In this document: one piece after another, positions 13,201 through 25,095 of the stretch
Layout: each line of letters begins with the position of its first letter
Numbering within the stretch: the stretch's first letter is position 1
Source of the DNA: an uncultured Planctomycetota bacterium
GTDB lineage: Bacteria > Planctomycetota > Planctomycetia > Isosphaerales > Isosphaeraceae
Reading direction: 5' to 3'
Length of the DNA stretch: 64,000 nucleotides
Assembly: GCA_963823665.1 (NCBI GenBank)
Contig: CAWGMQ010000004.1
Coordinates: 2,528,001 to 2,592,000 of the forward strand
Translations under genes and position numbers: made by a program
The notes under the pieces: model-generated
Seen by the model: only the letters and a program-made list of their open reading frames with translations
The model's database searches: none
Told to the model about the DNA's origin: nothing

Positions 13201-16200
13201 CCGGATCACCACGACGATCTACGACGAGATGGGCCGAGTCACCGAGACGGTCGATCCACTAGGGCGTGTGACCACGACGATTTACGACCGCGACGGCGAG
13301 GTGACGGAGTCGATTGACCCGATGGGCCGCGTCACCACGACGTTTTATGACGAGATGGGGAGAGTCACCGAGGTCATCGACCCGATGGACCGCATTACCA
13401 CCACGTTGTACGACGCGGATGGTGAAGTCACGGCGGTGATTGATCCAATGGGTCGCGTCACGACGACGCTGTACGACGCGGATGGCGAGGTCACGGCGGT
13501 GATCGATCCGATGGGTCGGGTCACAACGACGATGTACGACTTGGATGGCCGAGTCACCGCGACGATCGATCCAATGGACCGCATCACCACCACGTTGTAC
13601 GACGCGGATGGAGAGGTGACTGAGTCGATCGACCCGATGGGTCGGATCGCGACAACGATTTACGACCTGGATGGCGAGGTGACTGAGTCGATCGACCCGA
13701 TGGGCCGGATTACCACAACGGTCTACGACAAAGACGGTGAAGTGACGGAATCGATCGACCCGATGGGTCGGATCACGACAACGGTTTACGATCTGGATGG
13801 CGAGGTGACCGAGTCGATCGACCCAATGGGCCGGGTCACGACAACGGTCTACGACAACGACGGTGAAGTGACCGAGTCGATCGACCCGATGGGTCGGGTG
13901 ACGACGACTTTCTACGACCTGGACGGTGAGGTTACGGAGTCGATCGACCCGATGCGGCGGGTGACGACGACGTTGTATGACGCGGATGGCGAGGTCACCG
14001 AATCGATTGATCCACTGGGCCACATGACAACGACGCTGTACGACGCGGACGGCGAAGTCACTGAGACCATGGATCCGCTGGGTCACGTAACCACGACGCT
14101 GTACGACGCGGACGGCGAGGTTACGGAGTCGATCGACCCGGTTGGGAACGTGACGACCGCGCTGTATGACGCGGATGGCGAGGTCACCGAGACCATCGAT
14201 CCGCTGGGCCACGTGACCACCACGCTGTATGACGCGGACGGCGAGGTGACCGAGATCATCGACTCGATGGGTCGTGTGACGACGACGTTGTATGACGCGG
14301 ACGGCGAGGTGACCGAGTCGATCGACCCCTTGGGCCGCGCGATGACGAGGGTGTACGACGCGGATGGTGAGCTTACCCAGACCATCGATCCGCTGGGCCA
14401 CGTGACCACGACGCTGTATGACGCGGACGGCGAGGTGACCGAGACCATCGACCCGATGGGGAACACCAGCACGACGCTGTACGACGCCGATGGCGAGGTC
14501 ACGGAAACCATCGACCCCTTGGGGCACATCACGACGACGCTGTACGACGCGGATGGCGAGGTGACCGAGATCATCGACCCCCTGGGGAACATAACGACCA
14601 CGTTGTACGACGCGGATGGAGAGGTCACCGAGTCGATTGACCCGTTGGGGCACATCACGACGACGCTGTACGACGCGGATGGCGAGGTCACCGAAACGAT
14701 TGATGCTCTGGGACGTACCATCACCTCGCTCTACGACGCCGATGGCCGCTTGATCAGCGAGACGTGGGAGAACTCGAGCGCAATCGTTACCAACCTCGAG
14801 ACCTACACGTACGACGCCGACGGCGATCTCCTCACGGCCGGAGATTCGAACGGCACGTACACGATGACCTATGACGCCGATCGACGTCTTATCACCACTG
14901 AGGATCCGTTCGGGCTCACCCTGACCTATACCTACGACGCGGATGGGAACCGGACGGAAGTGCAGGACTCTCTTGGTGGGGTGACGACCTACGTCTACGA
15001 CGCCGACAACGAGCTGACGAGCGAGCGGTTCGACAGCTCCAGTCAAGGCCCCTTGCGCATCGATATGACTTACGACGCCGATGGCGAGATTTTGACCGAG
15101 AGCCGCTACAGCGACCTGGCCGGTACCCAGCTCGTGGTCGAGTCGAATTACACGTACAACGCCGACGGCGAGATCACGACCTTAGTCGATCAAAACGGCG
15201 GTGGCACGATCGTGGCCAACTTCACATATACCTACGACCAGGACAACCGTGTCACGACCGAGGTGAACATGGGGATGACCACGACTTACACGTACGACGC
15301 GGACAGCCAGTTGACGAGCGACGTATCTCCCCTCGCCACGATTGACTACACCTACGATGCCGGCGGCAATCGGACCAGCAACAACAGCGTGATCGGCCCG
15401 GGGAACCAGCTCCTTTCCGACAACGACTGGACCTACACCTACGACGCCGACGGCAATCTGATCGAGAAGGTCGGGGTGTCCACCGGGCCCGACAAGGGCA
15501 TCACCTGGACCTACACATACGACAATCGCAATCAGATGACGACTGCGGTGGAGGTGCAAGGGAGCACGACGCTGGCGAGTGTTACCTACACGTACGACGT
15601 CTTCGGCAACCGGATCGAAGAGGATTCTTCGGGCAGCACGCTGCCGACCCAGGTGACGCGGTTCGCTTACGACGGCCAGAACGTATGGGCCGATCTCGAT
15701 GGAAGCAACAACCTGGTGATGCGGCGGCTGTTCCTCAACGCTCTGGATTCGGTGATAGCGCGGATCTCGGCCAGCGGCACCGTGGCCTGGTATCTGGTGG
15801 ACCGACTCGGCTCGGTGAATGTCCTGACCGATGCCACGGGGGATGTGATCGACCGGATAACTTACGATGGTTACGGCAATGTCATCAGCCAGACGAACCC
15901 GTCGGCCAGCGATCGCTATATGTTCACCGGGCGCGAATTCGATCCGATCACGGGCTTACAATACAACCGGGCGCGATATTACGACCCGACCAGCGGTCGA
16001 TGGACGACGCCCGACCCGGCGGGATTCGCCGCGGGTGACACCAATCTTTACGTTTACGCGTTCAATCAGCCGACGGACCTCCTCGATCCCTCGGGTGAAT
16101 GGGAGACAGATGCACACAACGCCTTGATTGACGCGGCATTTCCCGAGAGTCAAACTCTTCGAGAGATATTCAAGGAGGCGAGCAAGGGCGTGGATGCTCT

Positions 16201-16776
16201 CGCAAACCAAACGGCGGAGCGATCGTACATGCACGGCATGAGGGCTCCCGACGAGACAGCGGCGGTGGCAAAGAAGAGGACGGATAATTTCATCTCAGAC
16301 CAAATCAAGGAAGCCGCAAAGCAGTGGTGCGCGGGCGAAGACAAGAAAGCGATGCAAGAGCTTGGTAAAGCGCTGCACGCCGTGATGGACAGCGCTCTCC
16401 CGCGCATCGTGATGTGCAGGGCAATCCGCTTCCGTGGGGGGGCGTGGGGGGAATGGTGGGCAATGTGCTAATGGGGGGGACGAGACAGGCCGTGGTCGAG
16501 GCTGCGCAAATGAACGCCCACACTGCGCTAGAAACATTGGAGGTTCTGAACAAAGATCCGAAGTTGAAAAACCAGATCGTGGAGTCGATGCGAGATACGT
16601 ACAAGAAATTCCTCGCCGAGCTCAACAAACTCAAGAATTGCAAGGGCTGCGCGAAGAAGGCGGCCAGCCAAATCGAGCCGCCGCCGCCCCCGCCGCCGGT
16701 CAACCCTAACATCAGGCCGAAAAACACTGACGAGCTGCGACGACTGCTCGAGCAGATGAACGGCAGGCCCGCATAG
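10279..16776 (+). CDS. exported Vgb-like beta-propeller + RHS/YD-repeat protein with C-terminal Zn-PLC/P1-nuclease-like domain (frameshifts ~10575, ~16395)
   Basis: RLESRWLLS planctomycete export motif; PxGITxGPDGNLWFTE repeats; YD repeats; RHS core FTGREFD...YNRARYYDPTSGRWTTPDP...NLYVYAFNQPTDLLDPSG. Confidence 0.9.
12875..14764 (+). repeat. 30 tandem in-phase 63-bp units (21-aa YD repeat DPMGRVTTTLYDADGEVTESI)
   Basis: Counted in translation; first GAT at 12875 and 30th at 14702 (29 x 63 apart). Confidence 0.95.
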
Positions 16777-16830
16777 GCGGGGCTGATTGGTCAACCTGTT
16801 CCGAGCGGAGCCGGCGCTCGTCAAATCGAC

Positions 16831-19800
16831 TCATTCTGTCGCGCGGGTCAGACACGCGCGGGCCCTCAGGTCGGCCGCCACGTGCTCGTTTACGCATGCA
16901 AGAGCGTGCGTCACATCATCCAACTCTGCCCATCGTGCCTGGGCCAGGTAGAGGGAGCCCAGACCCTGCCACGCCGGTGCGAATCGAGGCTGCTCGGCGA
17001 CGACCTGGCGCCATTGGGCCTCGGCTTCCGCCCAGCGTGCTTGGCTCTGATAAACCTCCGCCAGCAAGTGCCGGGCCTTGTAACTGCGCCGGCCGGCATC
17101 GCCCAAGGCTAGTTCCTGGCCGGGCGGGGTCTGGAGTAGGCGCAGCAAGCGTTCTTCGGCTCCGGCGAAGTGGCCCTGGGCGTGTAGGAATGCGGCTTCA
17201 AGGAAGAGGAGCTCCTCGATATCGGGATGTTTTTCCCGTCCGGCGCGGCACACCGCGAGCGCCTCGGCGATTTGGCCCAGGGATTCGTGGGCGCGGGCGA
17301 TCGCCGCGAAGAGCCGCGGGCGGATCGAGTAGTCCGGAGGCACCAGCTTCAGACTGCGCTGTAGCATCGGTAGGGCTAAGGCGGCCCGCCCCAGCCTATG
17401 ATGCATCAGGCCGAGTTGATAGAGCGTGATTGGATCGTCTGGCCGCTCGGCGTCCTGTCGCAACAGGAGCGCCAGGTTTCGCTGCAGCTTCTGCTCGGAA
17501 GAGCCGGGGGCCGCGTAGCCACCGTGGCTGATGGCCACGTCGGTTCGGCGCAGGTGGTGGCCCGCCCGGCGGATTGCGAGCAGGATCTGTTCGTGGACTC
17601 GGTATTCCCAGCGCACGGCCGGATCGCGGCGGAAGAGCCGCACGTGGTCGACGGCGACCTGCGAGCCGTGAGGATCGTCCGTCGTCGAAAGTTGTTGCAT
17701 CAAGTAGGCCGCGTTTTCGTACTTCAGATCCGCAAACACCGTCTTCAACTTCTCGCGGTTCGCTTGATCGAGTTGCTCATCGGCGTCGAGCCAGAAGATC
17801 CAGTCTCCCGTGGCGTGCTCGATGCTCTGGTTGCGCGCGGCGGCGAAATCGTCGGTCCAGGCAAAATCGATCACGCGGGCTCCGCACTCGATGGCAATTG
17901 CGCGCGTGCGGTCGGTCGAGCCTGTATCCACGACGACCATTTCATTGACGAGACCGGCGACCGATGCGAGGCAGGCGCTCAGGGTGGCTTCTTCGTTCTT
18001 GACGATCATGCAGAGCGAGATGCTAGGCCTTGCGGGGAGGTGAGAGCTGTCGCCGCGCCCCGGAACCCCCCCTGGCCCCCCCTTCGTAAGGGGGGGAAAG
18101 GGAATGGCCGTTCCGTGCGGCGGGTCGGATTTGGACACGATGGTCCCCGGAACCCCCCCTGGCCCCCCCTTTGCTAGGGGGGGAACTGTGTTTGTCTTCG
18201 CGTGGCGCACGGCCTGGCCGCGCGCCGCAGTGCGATCGCCTTTGCGGGACCGGAAGGGCATCCGGATAAACCGCCAGCAGCAGCCTCCAGGTCGTCCCAG
18301 CGTTCCTGCTTCAGGTAAAGCTCACCGAGCCGGAGCCAGCCAGTGGAAAAGTGCGGGTTTTCAATGACCGCTGCGCGCCATTGCGCTTCGGCTTCGGCCG
18401 GTCGGCCGGTTTCTTCGTAGATGACTGCCAAGTTGTGACGGGCCTTGTAGCCACGCAGCGCATCATCACCATTTGCCAAGCTGGCAACGCGTGGTGCGCA
18501 CAGCAATTGGATGAGAGTTGCCTTCGCTCCCGCCGCATCGCCCAGCTCGCGCTGTATGAGCGCATTGAGGAAAAGCAGCTCGTCGTCGTCTGGAGTGTGT
18601 TTTAGCCCCGCCTGGCACGCGTCGAGGGCTTCTTGCGGCCGCTGCAACTGGCGGAGGCAGCCGGTGATCAAGGCGTGCAGCTTGGTCACGATGGATGCGC
18701 GAGGGCGGGAACGCTCCAGGCTGCGCTGCAAGAGAGGAAGAGCCTCGGCCGGCCGGCCGGTTTCATGGTAGAGCGAGCCCAGGTTGAACAGTGTAAATGG
18801 ATCGTCGGGGCGCTCTTTGTTTTCCAACAGGAGAAGGCGCAAGTCGCGGTCGAGCTTCCGACGGCGCACGGCGAGGTCCTCATGGCCGGAATGCTGGATC
18901 ACGATATCTGACCGACGCAGATCCACGCCCGTGCGGCGCAGCGCCGGCAGGATCTGCTCGTGGACGCGGTAGCTCCAGTGGACCTCAGGCAGGCGGCGGA
19001 AGAGGCGCACCTGATCGGCAACGATGGCCGCGGTCGCGCCGGTGCTGGCGGGGGAGCGCTGACGCATCACGTAGGCGGCGTTTTCGTCGCTCAACCCGGC
19101 CAGCAACGACCTCAGCTTGAGCCGGTTTTCCTCGTCGAGCATCTCGTCGGCATCCAGCCAGAAGATCCAGTCCCCTTGTGCGTGGCGCAAGGATTCGTTG
19201 CGCACCGCGGCAAAGCTGTCGATCCACTCGAAGGAGTGCACTCGGGCGCCCCGGCGTGAGGCCACGGCGGCCGTCGCGTCGGTCGAGCCCGTGTCGACCA
19301 CGACCATCTCGTCGACCAGGTCGGCGACCGATTCCAGACATGCGGACAGATGGGCTTCCTCATTCTTGACGATCATGCACAACGAGACCCGAGGGCGGGA
19401 CGTAGGTTTGGCCGTGACTGGTGTGATGTGGGATGGGGCCGGCTCTGAGCTTGGGTCGGGGCTTCCTGGCACCTTTCCCCGCGGGACCGTGAACCGTCGA
19501 ATCGGCTGCTGGCCGAGCTGCTCCAGCCGGGCCTCGATCACGTCAAGCGTATGATCCCATGTGAAGCGGCCGCGGATGTGTGCTCCGGCCGCCCTGCCCT
19601 TCGCGCGGGCCTCATGCGGATGATCGACGACATGGCGCATTCGGTCGGCGAGAACGGTTTGGTCCGCTTCAGCCAGCCAGGGGTAGTCGACGGTTTCCAG
19701 TTCGCCGATTCGCTGATGGCGAAACCGCATGATCCGGGCTGGAACCAGGTACGCGTGGTCCTCGGAGCAGTAGTCCGGAGCGGCTCCAGATCCGGTGACG

Positions 19801-20792
19801 ATGACGGGCAATTCGCTGGCCATCGCTTCTGCGATCGGCAAGCCAAACCCCTCGCCTCGATAGGGGTGCACGAGACAGTCACAGGCTGTGTACAAGCGGG
19901 CAACATCGGCAGCGGTCAACTCCTGGTCGAGATAGAGGATCTCCGGCGCGCCGCTTTGTGCTCGAACCACGTCGATTTGATTCCGGACTTCGCTCGTACG
20001 GTAAAACGAGGCACTTCGTACATCCTTGATCACCAGAGAGACCGGGTCGCTGGCTGTGAACGCTCGGGCATACGATTGCAGGAGAATGTCGATGCCCTTG
20101 CGGTGAATCGCTCCACCGACAAAGAGGAATTTGAACGTTTTCGAAGTGCCAAGCGGCAACGGTTGTACCTGGGAATGAAATCGCGACGTATCGACTCCAA
20201 GCGGGACGACATGCACGCGATCCGCACTGATGCCGCTCTTGATATAGCAATCGCGTACGAAGCGGCTATAGGCCCAGAACTCATCGATTTTTTCTGTATT
20301 CGGACCAACCCAGTCTCGAGGCAAGCTGCCATACTCCCAGGGCTGCATCAGGATCCAGTGGCCGCTCCTTGGCGGCGTGAAATTCGGAGGCCACTCGTGA
20401 CGCACGTGAGCGAGAACCGCGTCGCGCGAAGCTCGCAGTGAAGGCGGGAAGGAGGCATCTTTTCCCGGGAAAGTGTCCGAATGTTTATCGTGAGTTTCCG
20501 GGGACAAGAAGGAGAGCTCATGCCCACGTTCAATCAGTCGCAAGCAAATTTCGCGGTTGACCCTGGCAAATGAGTGAAGGCCACGTTGGAGGCCCTCCCA
20601 AACGATGGTATATCGGGGTCGGTCTGCGCCGTCTTCGTGTGAGGCTTGCACCGGTCGTTCACCGTGCGGTGCGATGGGCGCCCCATGGTCGGGCAAATAA
20701 GCGGGCATCAGTGCACTCCGCGTCGACTTCAGCGGCTGCTGGCTATCGAGCCTCGCGCGACTTCCTGACTCATGAGACACCGGCGCCGCCAC
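16831..20792 (-). CDS. multidomain glycosyltransferase GT4 + (GT2-TPR)x2, probably one gene frameshifted near 18260
   Basis: GT4 motifs RKGID and EGFGLPIAEAMA; two SLCMIVKNEE...DTGSTD...WLDADE...YRVHEQ modules each followed by TPRs; start uncertain. Confidence 0.85.
18058..18185. repeat. two 41-bp REP-like hairpin direct repeats inside a coding linker
   Basis: ccccggaacccccccTggcccccccttcgtaagggggggaa (18058-18098) and the near-identical ...tttgctagggggggaa (18145-18185); C7TT-loop-AAG7 stem. Confidence 0.85.
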
Positions 20793-20822
20793 AGGAGCAA
20801 GCCCCTCACCGCGCGAAACTCG

Positions 20823-22697
20823 CTACCGCAGCCAGTGATCGCACCAGAGCTGGAAAATCAGCAGCGTCCAAAGCGGTTTGCGGTGGTCGTGCTCGCCCGA
20901 TTGATGCTCTACGATGCGGCGGGCGACGACCTGGGCGTTGAAAAGGCCCTGCCGCTTGAGTCGCTCGGGGGCCAAGAGCTCGTTCATCAACGGGGCCAAT
21001 GGTCCGCGCAGCCAACTCGCCACCGGGATGCCAAAGCCCTTCTTGGGACGAGCAAGGATTTCGGGCGGCAGTTTGCCCGCCACTGCTCTCTTCAGCAACC
21101 GCTTGGTCCGGTTCCGACCGAGCTTGAACGATGGGGGTAGACCCTGCATGAAGTCGACGAGGCCGGCGTCGAGGAACGGAGCACGGACCTCGAGGCCGCA
21201 GGCCATGCTGGCCCGGTCGACCTTGGTCAAGATGTCCTCGGGCAAATACGTATCCTGGTAGAGGGCGAGGGAGCGAGAGAGTGCGTCAGCGCCACCGTCA
21301 ATCAGTCGGGCGCGACGGAGATGCTCGTCCTCGATGCCGATCGGATCGCCGCCAACCAGGAGCTCGGTGATCTCGGCGCCGGAAAACGATCCCAGCCAGC
21401 GCTGGTGAGCCAGCGGCAGTGGCTCGGCGGCGCCTCGGAGAAACTGCTTGACCTTGAAATCAAAGCTGAAGTTGCGATGGTCGACGGGCAGCTTGCGAAC
21501 GGCCGCGCCGGCGAGTGCCTGGGCCGGGCGCGGCAAGCGACGAAACATCCTGGCTGCTCGCTCGGCGAGGAACGTCGGGTAGCCCGCGAGGAGCTCGTCG
21601 GCGCCGTCGCCTCCCAGGACGACCTTCACCTCACTTCGGGCGAAACGGCTGAGGAGGTGGGTCGGCAAGATCGAGGCATCGCCGAAAGGCTCGTCGAGCC
21701 AGCTTGCGACCTTGGGCAGCAACTGATAGACGGTGTCGATCGAGAACGTCTGCTCGTGATGATCGGTGCCGAGGTGATGAGCCACGGCGCGGGCGTGGCG
21801 GCTTTCGTCGAAGCTGGGGTCTTCGAATCCGATTGAAAACGTGTGAACGCTCGCGGCGGGCTCGATCTCGCAGAGCGCCGCGGCGACGCTCGAGGAGTCA
21901 ATTCCGCCGGAGAGAAAAACGCCGATCGGGACATCGGAGCGACGGTGGCGAGAGACCGCGTCGCGAAACTGAGTCCAGAATCGCGCCGCCGCGGCTTCGA
22001 AGTTGAGACCAGCGGGACTTGATTCGTGTGGATTCCAGTAGCTCGAAACGCTGACCTTGCCATCTTCCCAGCAGAGAACTTGGCCGCGAGGAAGCTTGCG
22101 GAGCGACTGCCAGATCGAATGCGGTGCGGGCACGTATTCGTAGAACAGATAGCGGGCCAAGCTGGCTTGATCGAGGGTGCGGCCAATGGCTGGGTGCGCG
22201 AGGAGAGCCTTCGGCTCGGAGCCAAATGCGAGGCCGCCGCCGGGGAACTCGCCGTAGAACAGGGGCTTCTGGCCCATACGGTCGCGGATGAGCACGAGCC
22301 GTCGGCGCCGCGAGTCCCAGATTGCGGCGGCAAACATGCCGTTCAATCGGCGGGCGAAGTTGATTCCTTCTTCTTCGTAGAGATGGATCAGGGTCTCGGT
22401 GTCGCAGGATGTGCGGTAGGTGTGGCCTTTGGCGAGGAGCTCTTTTCTGAGCTCGAATTCGTTGTAGAGCTCGCCGTTGTAGGTGAGCCAGATCGTGTTG
22501 TCTTCATTGGCCATTGGCTGGCTGCCGCCGGCCAGATCAATGATCGAGAGGCGGCGATGACCCAGGGCGGCGGGGCCTTCGCAGTAGATGCCATCGCCGT
22601 CGGGGCCGCGGTGTGCGAGGGTGGCGGTCATGCGCTCGGCGATCGCGCGATCGGCCTGTTCACCGGCCCGATTCACGAATCCGACGATGCCGCACAT
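20823..22697 (-). CDS. asnB: asparagine synthase (glutamine-hydrolysing) family amidotransferase
   Basis: MCGIVG, HRGPD, LGHRRLSIID, SGGIDSS, GDGADE, KVDRASMACGLEVRAPFLD. Confidence 0.95.
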   Translation of the reverse strand: MCGIVGFVNRAGEQADRAIAERMTATLAHRGPDGDGIYCEGPAALGHRRLSIIDLAGGSQPMANEDNTIWLTYNGELYNEFELRKELLAKGHTYRTSCDTETLIHLYEEEGINFARRLNGMFAAAIWDSRRRRLVLIRDRMGQKPLFYGEFPGGGLAFGSEPKALLAHPAIGRTLDQASLARYLFYEYVPAPHSIWQSLRKLPRGQVLCWEDGKVSVSSYWNPHESSPAGLNFEAAAARFWTQFRDAVSRHRRSDVPIGVFLSGGIDSSSVAAALCEIEPAASVHTFSIGFEDPSFDESRHARAVAHHLGTDHHEQTFSIDTVYQLLPKVASWLDEPFGDASILPTHLLSRFARSEVKVVLGGDGADELLAGYPTFLAERAARMFRRLPRPAQALAGAAVRKLPVDHRNFSFDFKVKQFLRGAAEPLPLAHQRWLGSFSGAEITELLVGGDPIGIEDEHLRRARLIDGGADALSRSLALYQDTYLPEDILTKVDRASMACGLEVRAPFLDAGLVDFMQGLPPSFKLGRNRTKRLLKRAVAGKLPPEILARPKKGFGIPVASWLRGPLAPLMNELLAPERLKRQGLFNAQVVARRIVEHQSGEHDHRKPLWTLLIFQLWCDHWLR

Positions 22698-22943
22698 GGG
22701 AGCTCGCAGTCTGGGGGCGGTGTTGAATAAGAAGCTACTCTCCCAGTGTATCGCATGGCGATGGGGATGGTCTAATTCGTTCGAGCAGGTCATCTGGTGA
22801 GAAATTGCCTCGCTGTATGTCTCTTGGTATGTTCTGCCTTCCGGTCACGATCGTTTCGTACGAACGGATCATGCTTCCCTGCGGGTTGAACTTGGCTTTC
22901 GGCGCTGGGCTGCAAGAGCGACGACATCTAACAAACGCGTCCG

Positions 22944-25095
22944 ATGGTTGAGAACACTGTCGATTCGGACTTCGACGTTGCCCGAGGGTTTCACCAGGCG
23001 GGGCGCTCCGCCGATGCTGCGCGCTGCTATCAGGCCCTGCTCGCCCGTCAGCCCGACCATGCCGGCGCTCTGCACCTCTTTGGCGTCCTGCACTACGAGA
23101 ATGGCTATTTTGCCAGGGCCGTTGAGCTGATCGGACGGGCCGTGGCTCTCGAGCGCGAGAATGCCGCGTACCACGCCAACCTGGCCGAGGCGCATCGGGC
23201 ACTCGGTCAGTACGAGCTGGCCATCGACTGCTGCCGGACCGCACTGCGGCTGCGGCCAGATTACCCCGAGGCGGCCAACAACCTCGGCCTGGCGCTGCAT
23301 GGGCTGGGCAAGTTTTCCGAAGCCGTGGCCCAGTTCCGTGCTGCGCTCGAGATGCGGCCCGATTTTGCCCTGGCCCAGAACAACCTCGGCACGTCTCTCC
23401 GCGAGCTGGGCCGGTTCAGCGAGGCCCTCCAGGCTTACCGTCAGGCGGTTGGCCTCGATCCCAAACTGGCGCTGGCGCGTAGCAACCTCGGCCAGTTGCT
23501 GGTGGATCAAGGCGAGGCCGAGGAAGGCCTGACGAACTGCGCGGAAGCTGTCGCGCTCGAGCCCAACGTGCCCGCCGCTCACAACAACCTGGGTAATGCC
23601 TTCCGTGCGCTCGAGCGCTTTGGCGAGGCGCGGGCGGCGTATGACGAGGCCTTGCGGCTCGCGAGCCTGGCGAAATCCCGACCGAGTGAGCTGGCCCAGA
23701 TCCATGCTAACCGCGGGCTGGCGCTGTTCCTCAAGGGTGACCGTGCCGGCGCCTTCGCCTGCTTTCACCATGCGGTCGAGATCGCTCCCGATGATACTAC
23801 GATCGGGCAGTATCTTGCGAACGCCCATGAGGCGGCCGAGGACTACGCCGGAGCCCTTGCTTGCTGGCAGCGGGTCGTCAAGCTCAATCCCAGGCTCGCG
23901 ATGGCGCAGAATCACCTGGGCTGGGCGCTGCTACAGGAGGGGCGGTTCGCCGAGGCCGCCGCGTGTTATCAGCGGGCGCTTGAGCTTGATCAGGATCATG
24001 TCGAGGCGATCTTGAATCAGGGCGGCCTCCACGAGGAGCTGGGCGCCCTGGCGGAGGCCGAGGCATGTTATCGTCGTGCGCAGAGCCTCCGTCCGCTGGC
24101 GCCGGCGCCGCTGGCACGGTTGGCAACGCTGTTGCGCGGCAAGTTGCCGGCGGCCGACCTCCTGGCGATTCAGACGCAGCTTGGGCTTGCTGGTGGGACG
24201 GATGGCCAGTCCGTCGCGGCAGCTCTGCCTCCACGTTCGCCAACGCGCGGGCCGTTGCTGTTTGGGCTGGCGCACGTTCTGGACGCACGGGGCGAATATG
24301 TAGCGGCCGCCGGCTGTCTCGAAGAGGCCAATGCGCTGGCGCTCAATCAGCGGCGAAGGCAGGGCAAAACGTACGACTCGGCGGCGCACTCGGGGCTGGT
24401 CGATCGGATGATCGCCGGCTTCACGCCGCGACTTTTTGAGCGACTGGCCGGCTCTGGCGGCCAAACGCGGTTACCGGTGTTTGTCTTCGGCATGCCGCGG
24501 TCCGGTACGACTCTCGTTGAGCAAGTTCTGGCCAGCCATTCTCGGGTGCATGGCGCCGGCGAGCTTGTCCTGGCCGGGAAGCTGTTTGAGTCGATCCCCG
24601 ATTTGCTCGGGCGGTCAGACGAGATGCTGCCGTGCCTGGAGGCCCTCGATGCGGCGACCGTGTACGAGCTTTCCCGGCGGCACCTCGACGGACTGGACGC
24701 GACTCTGCGGTCGATCACGCCGCGACGAGATCGGGTCGTGGACAAGATGCCCGACAATTACCTGTATCTCGGGCTCCTGGCACTACTGTTTCCGCGCGAA
24801 CGTTCATCCACGTGCGCCGCGACTTGCGCGACGTGGCGGTGTCTTGCTGGATGACCAATTTCCGGAACATTCGGTGGGCCAACGATCGTGAAGATCTGGC
24901 CGGCCGATGCCGCGATTACCGCAGACTGATGGAGCACTGGCAAGCGGTCCTGCCCGTGCGAGTGCACGAGGTGGCTTACGAAAGGCTGATCGTCGAATTT
25001 GAGGCCGAGGCCCCGCGGTTGCTCGGGGCGTGTGGTCTCGAATGGGAGCCGGCGTGCGGCCGGTTCCATGAAACAGCTCGACCGGTGCGAACGGC
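22944..25095 (+). CDS. TPR-repeat sulfotransferase family protein, frameshifted and C-terminally truncated
   Basis: Many TPRs; PAPS motif FVFGMPRSGTTLVEQVL, DKMPDNY; family similarity stops at VRTA. Confidence 0.88.

Noticed and set aside
13259..15046. Long antisense ORFs (also 24976-26550, 42679-44349, 48120-49517)
   Set aside because: Shadow ORFs of GC-rich or repetitive real genes on the opposite strand; no family motifs
16414..16776. Separate immunity gene for the RHS toxin
   Set aside because: A single-base correction joins it to the RHS tip and completes the metal-ligand motif
18058..18185. Possible mini CRISPR array (41-bp repeat, 46-bp spacer)
   Set aside because: Only two repeats, C/G homopolymer hairpins, inside coding sequence, and no cas genes in the window
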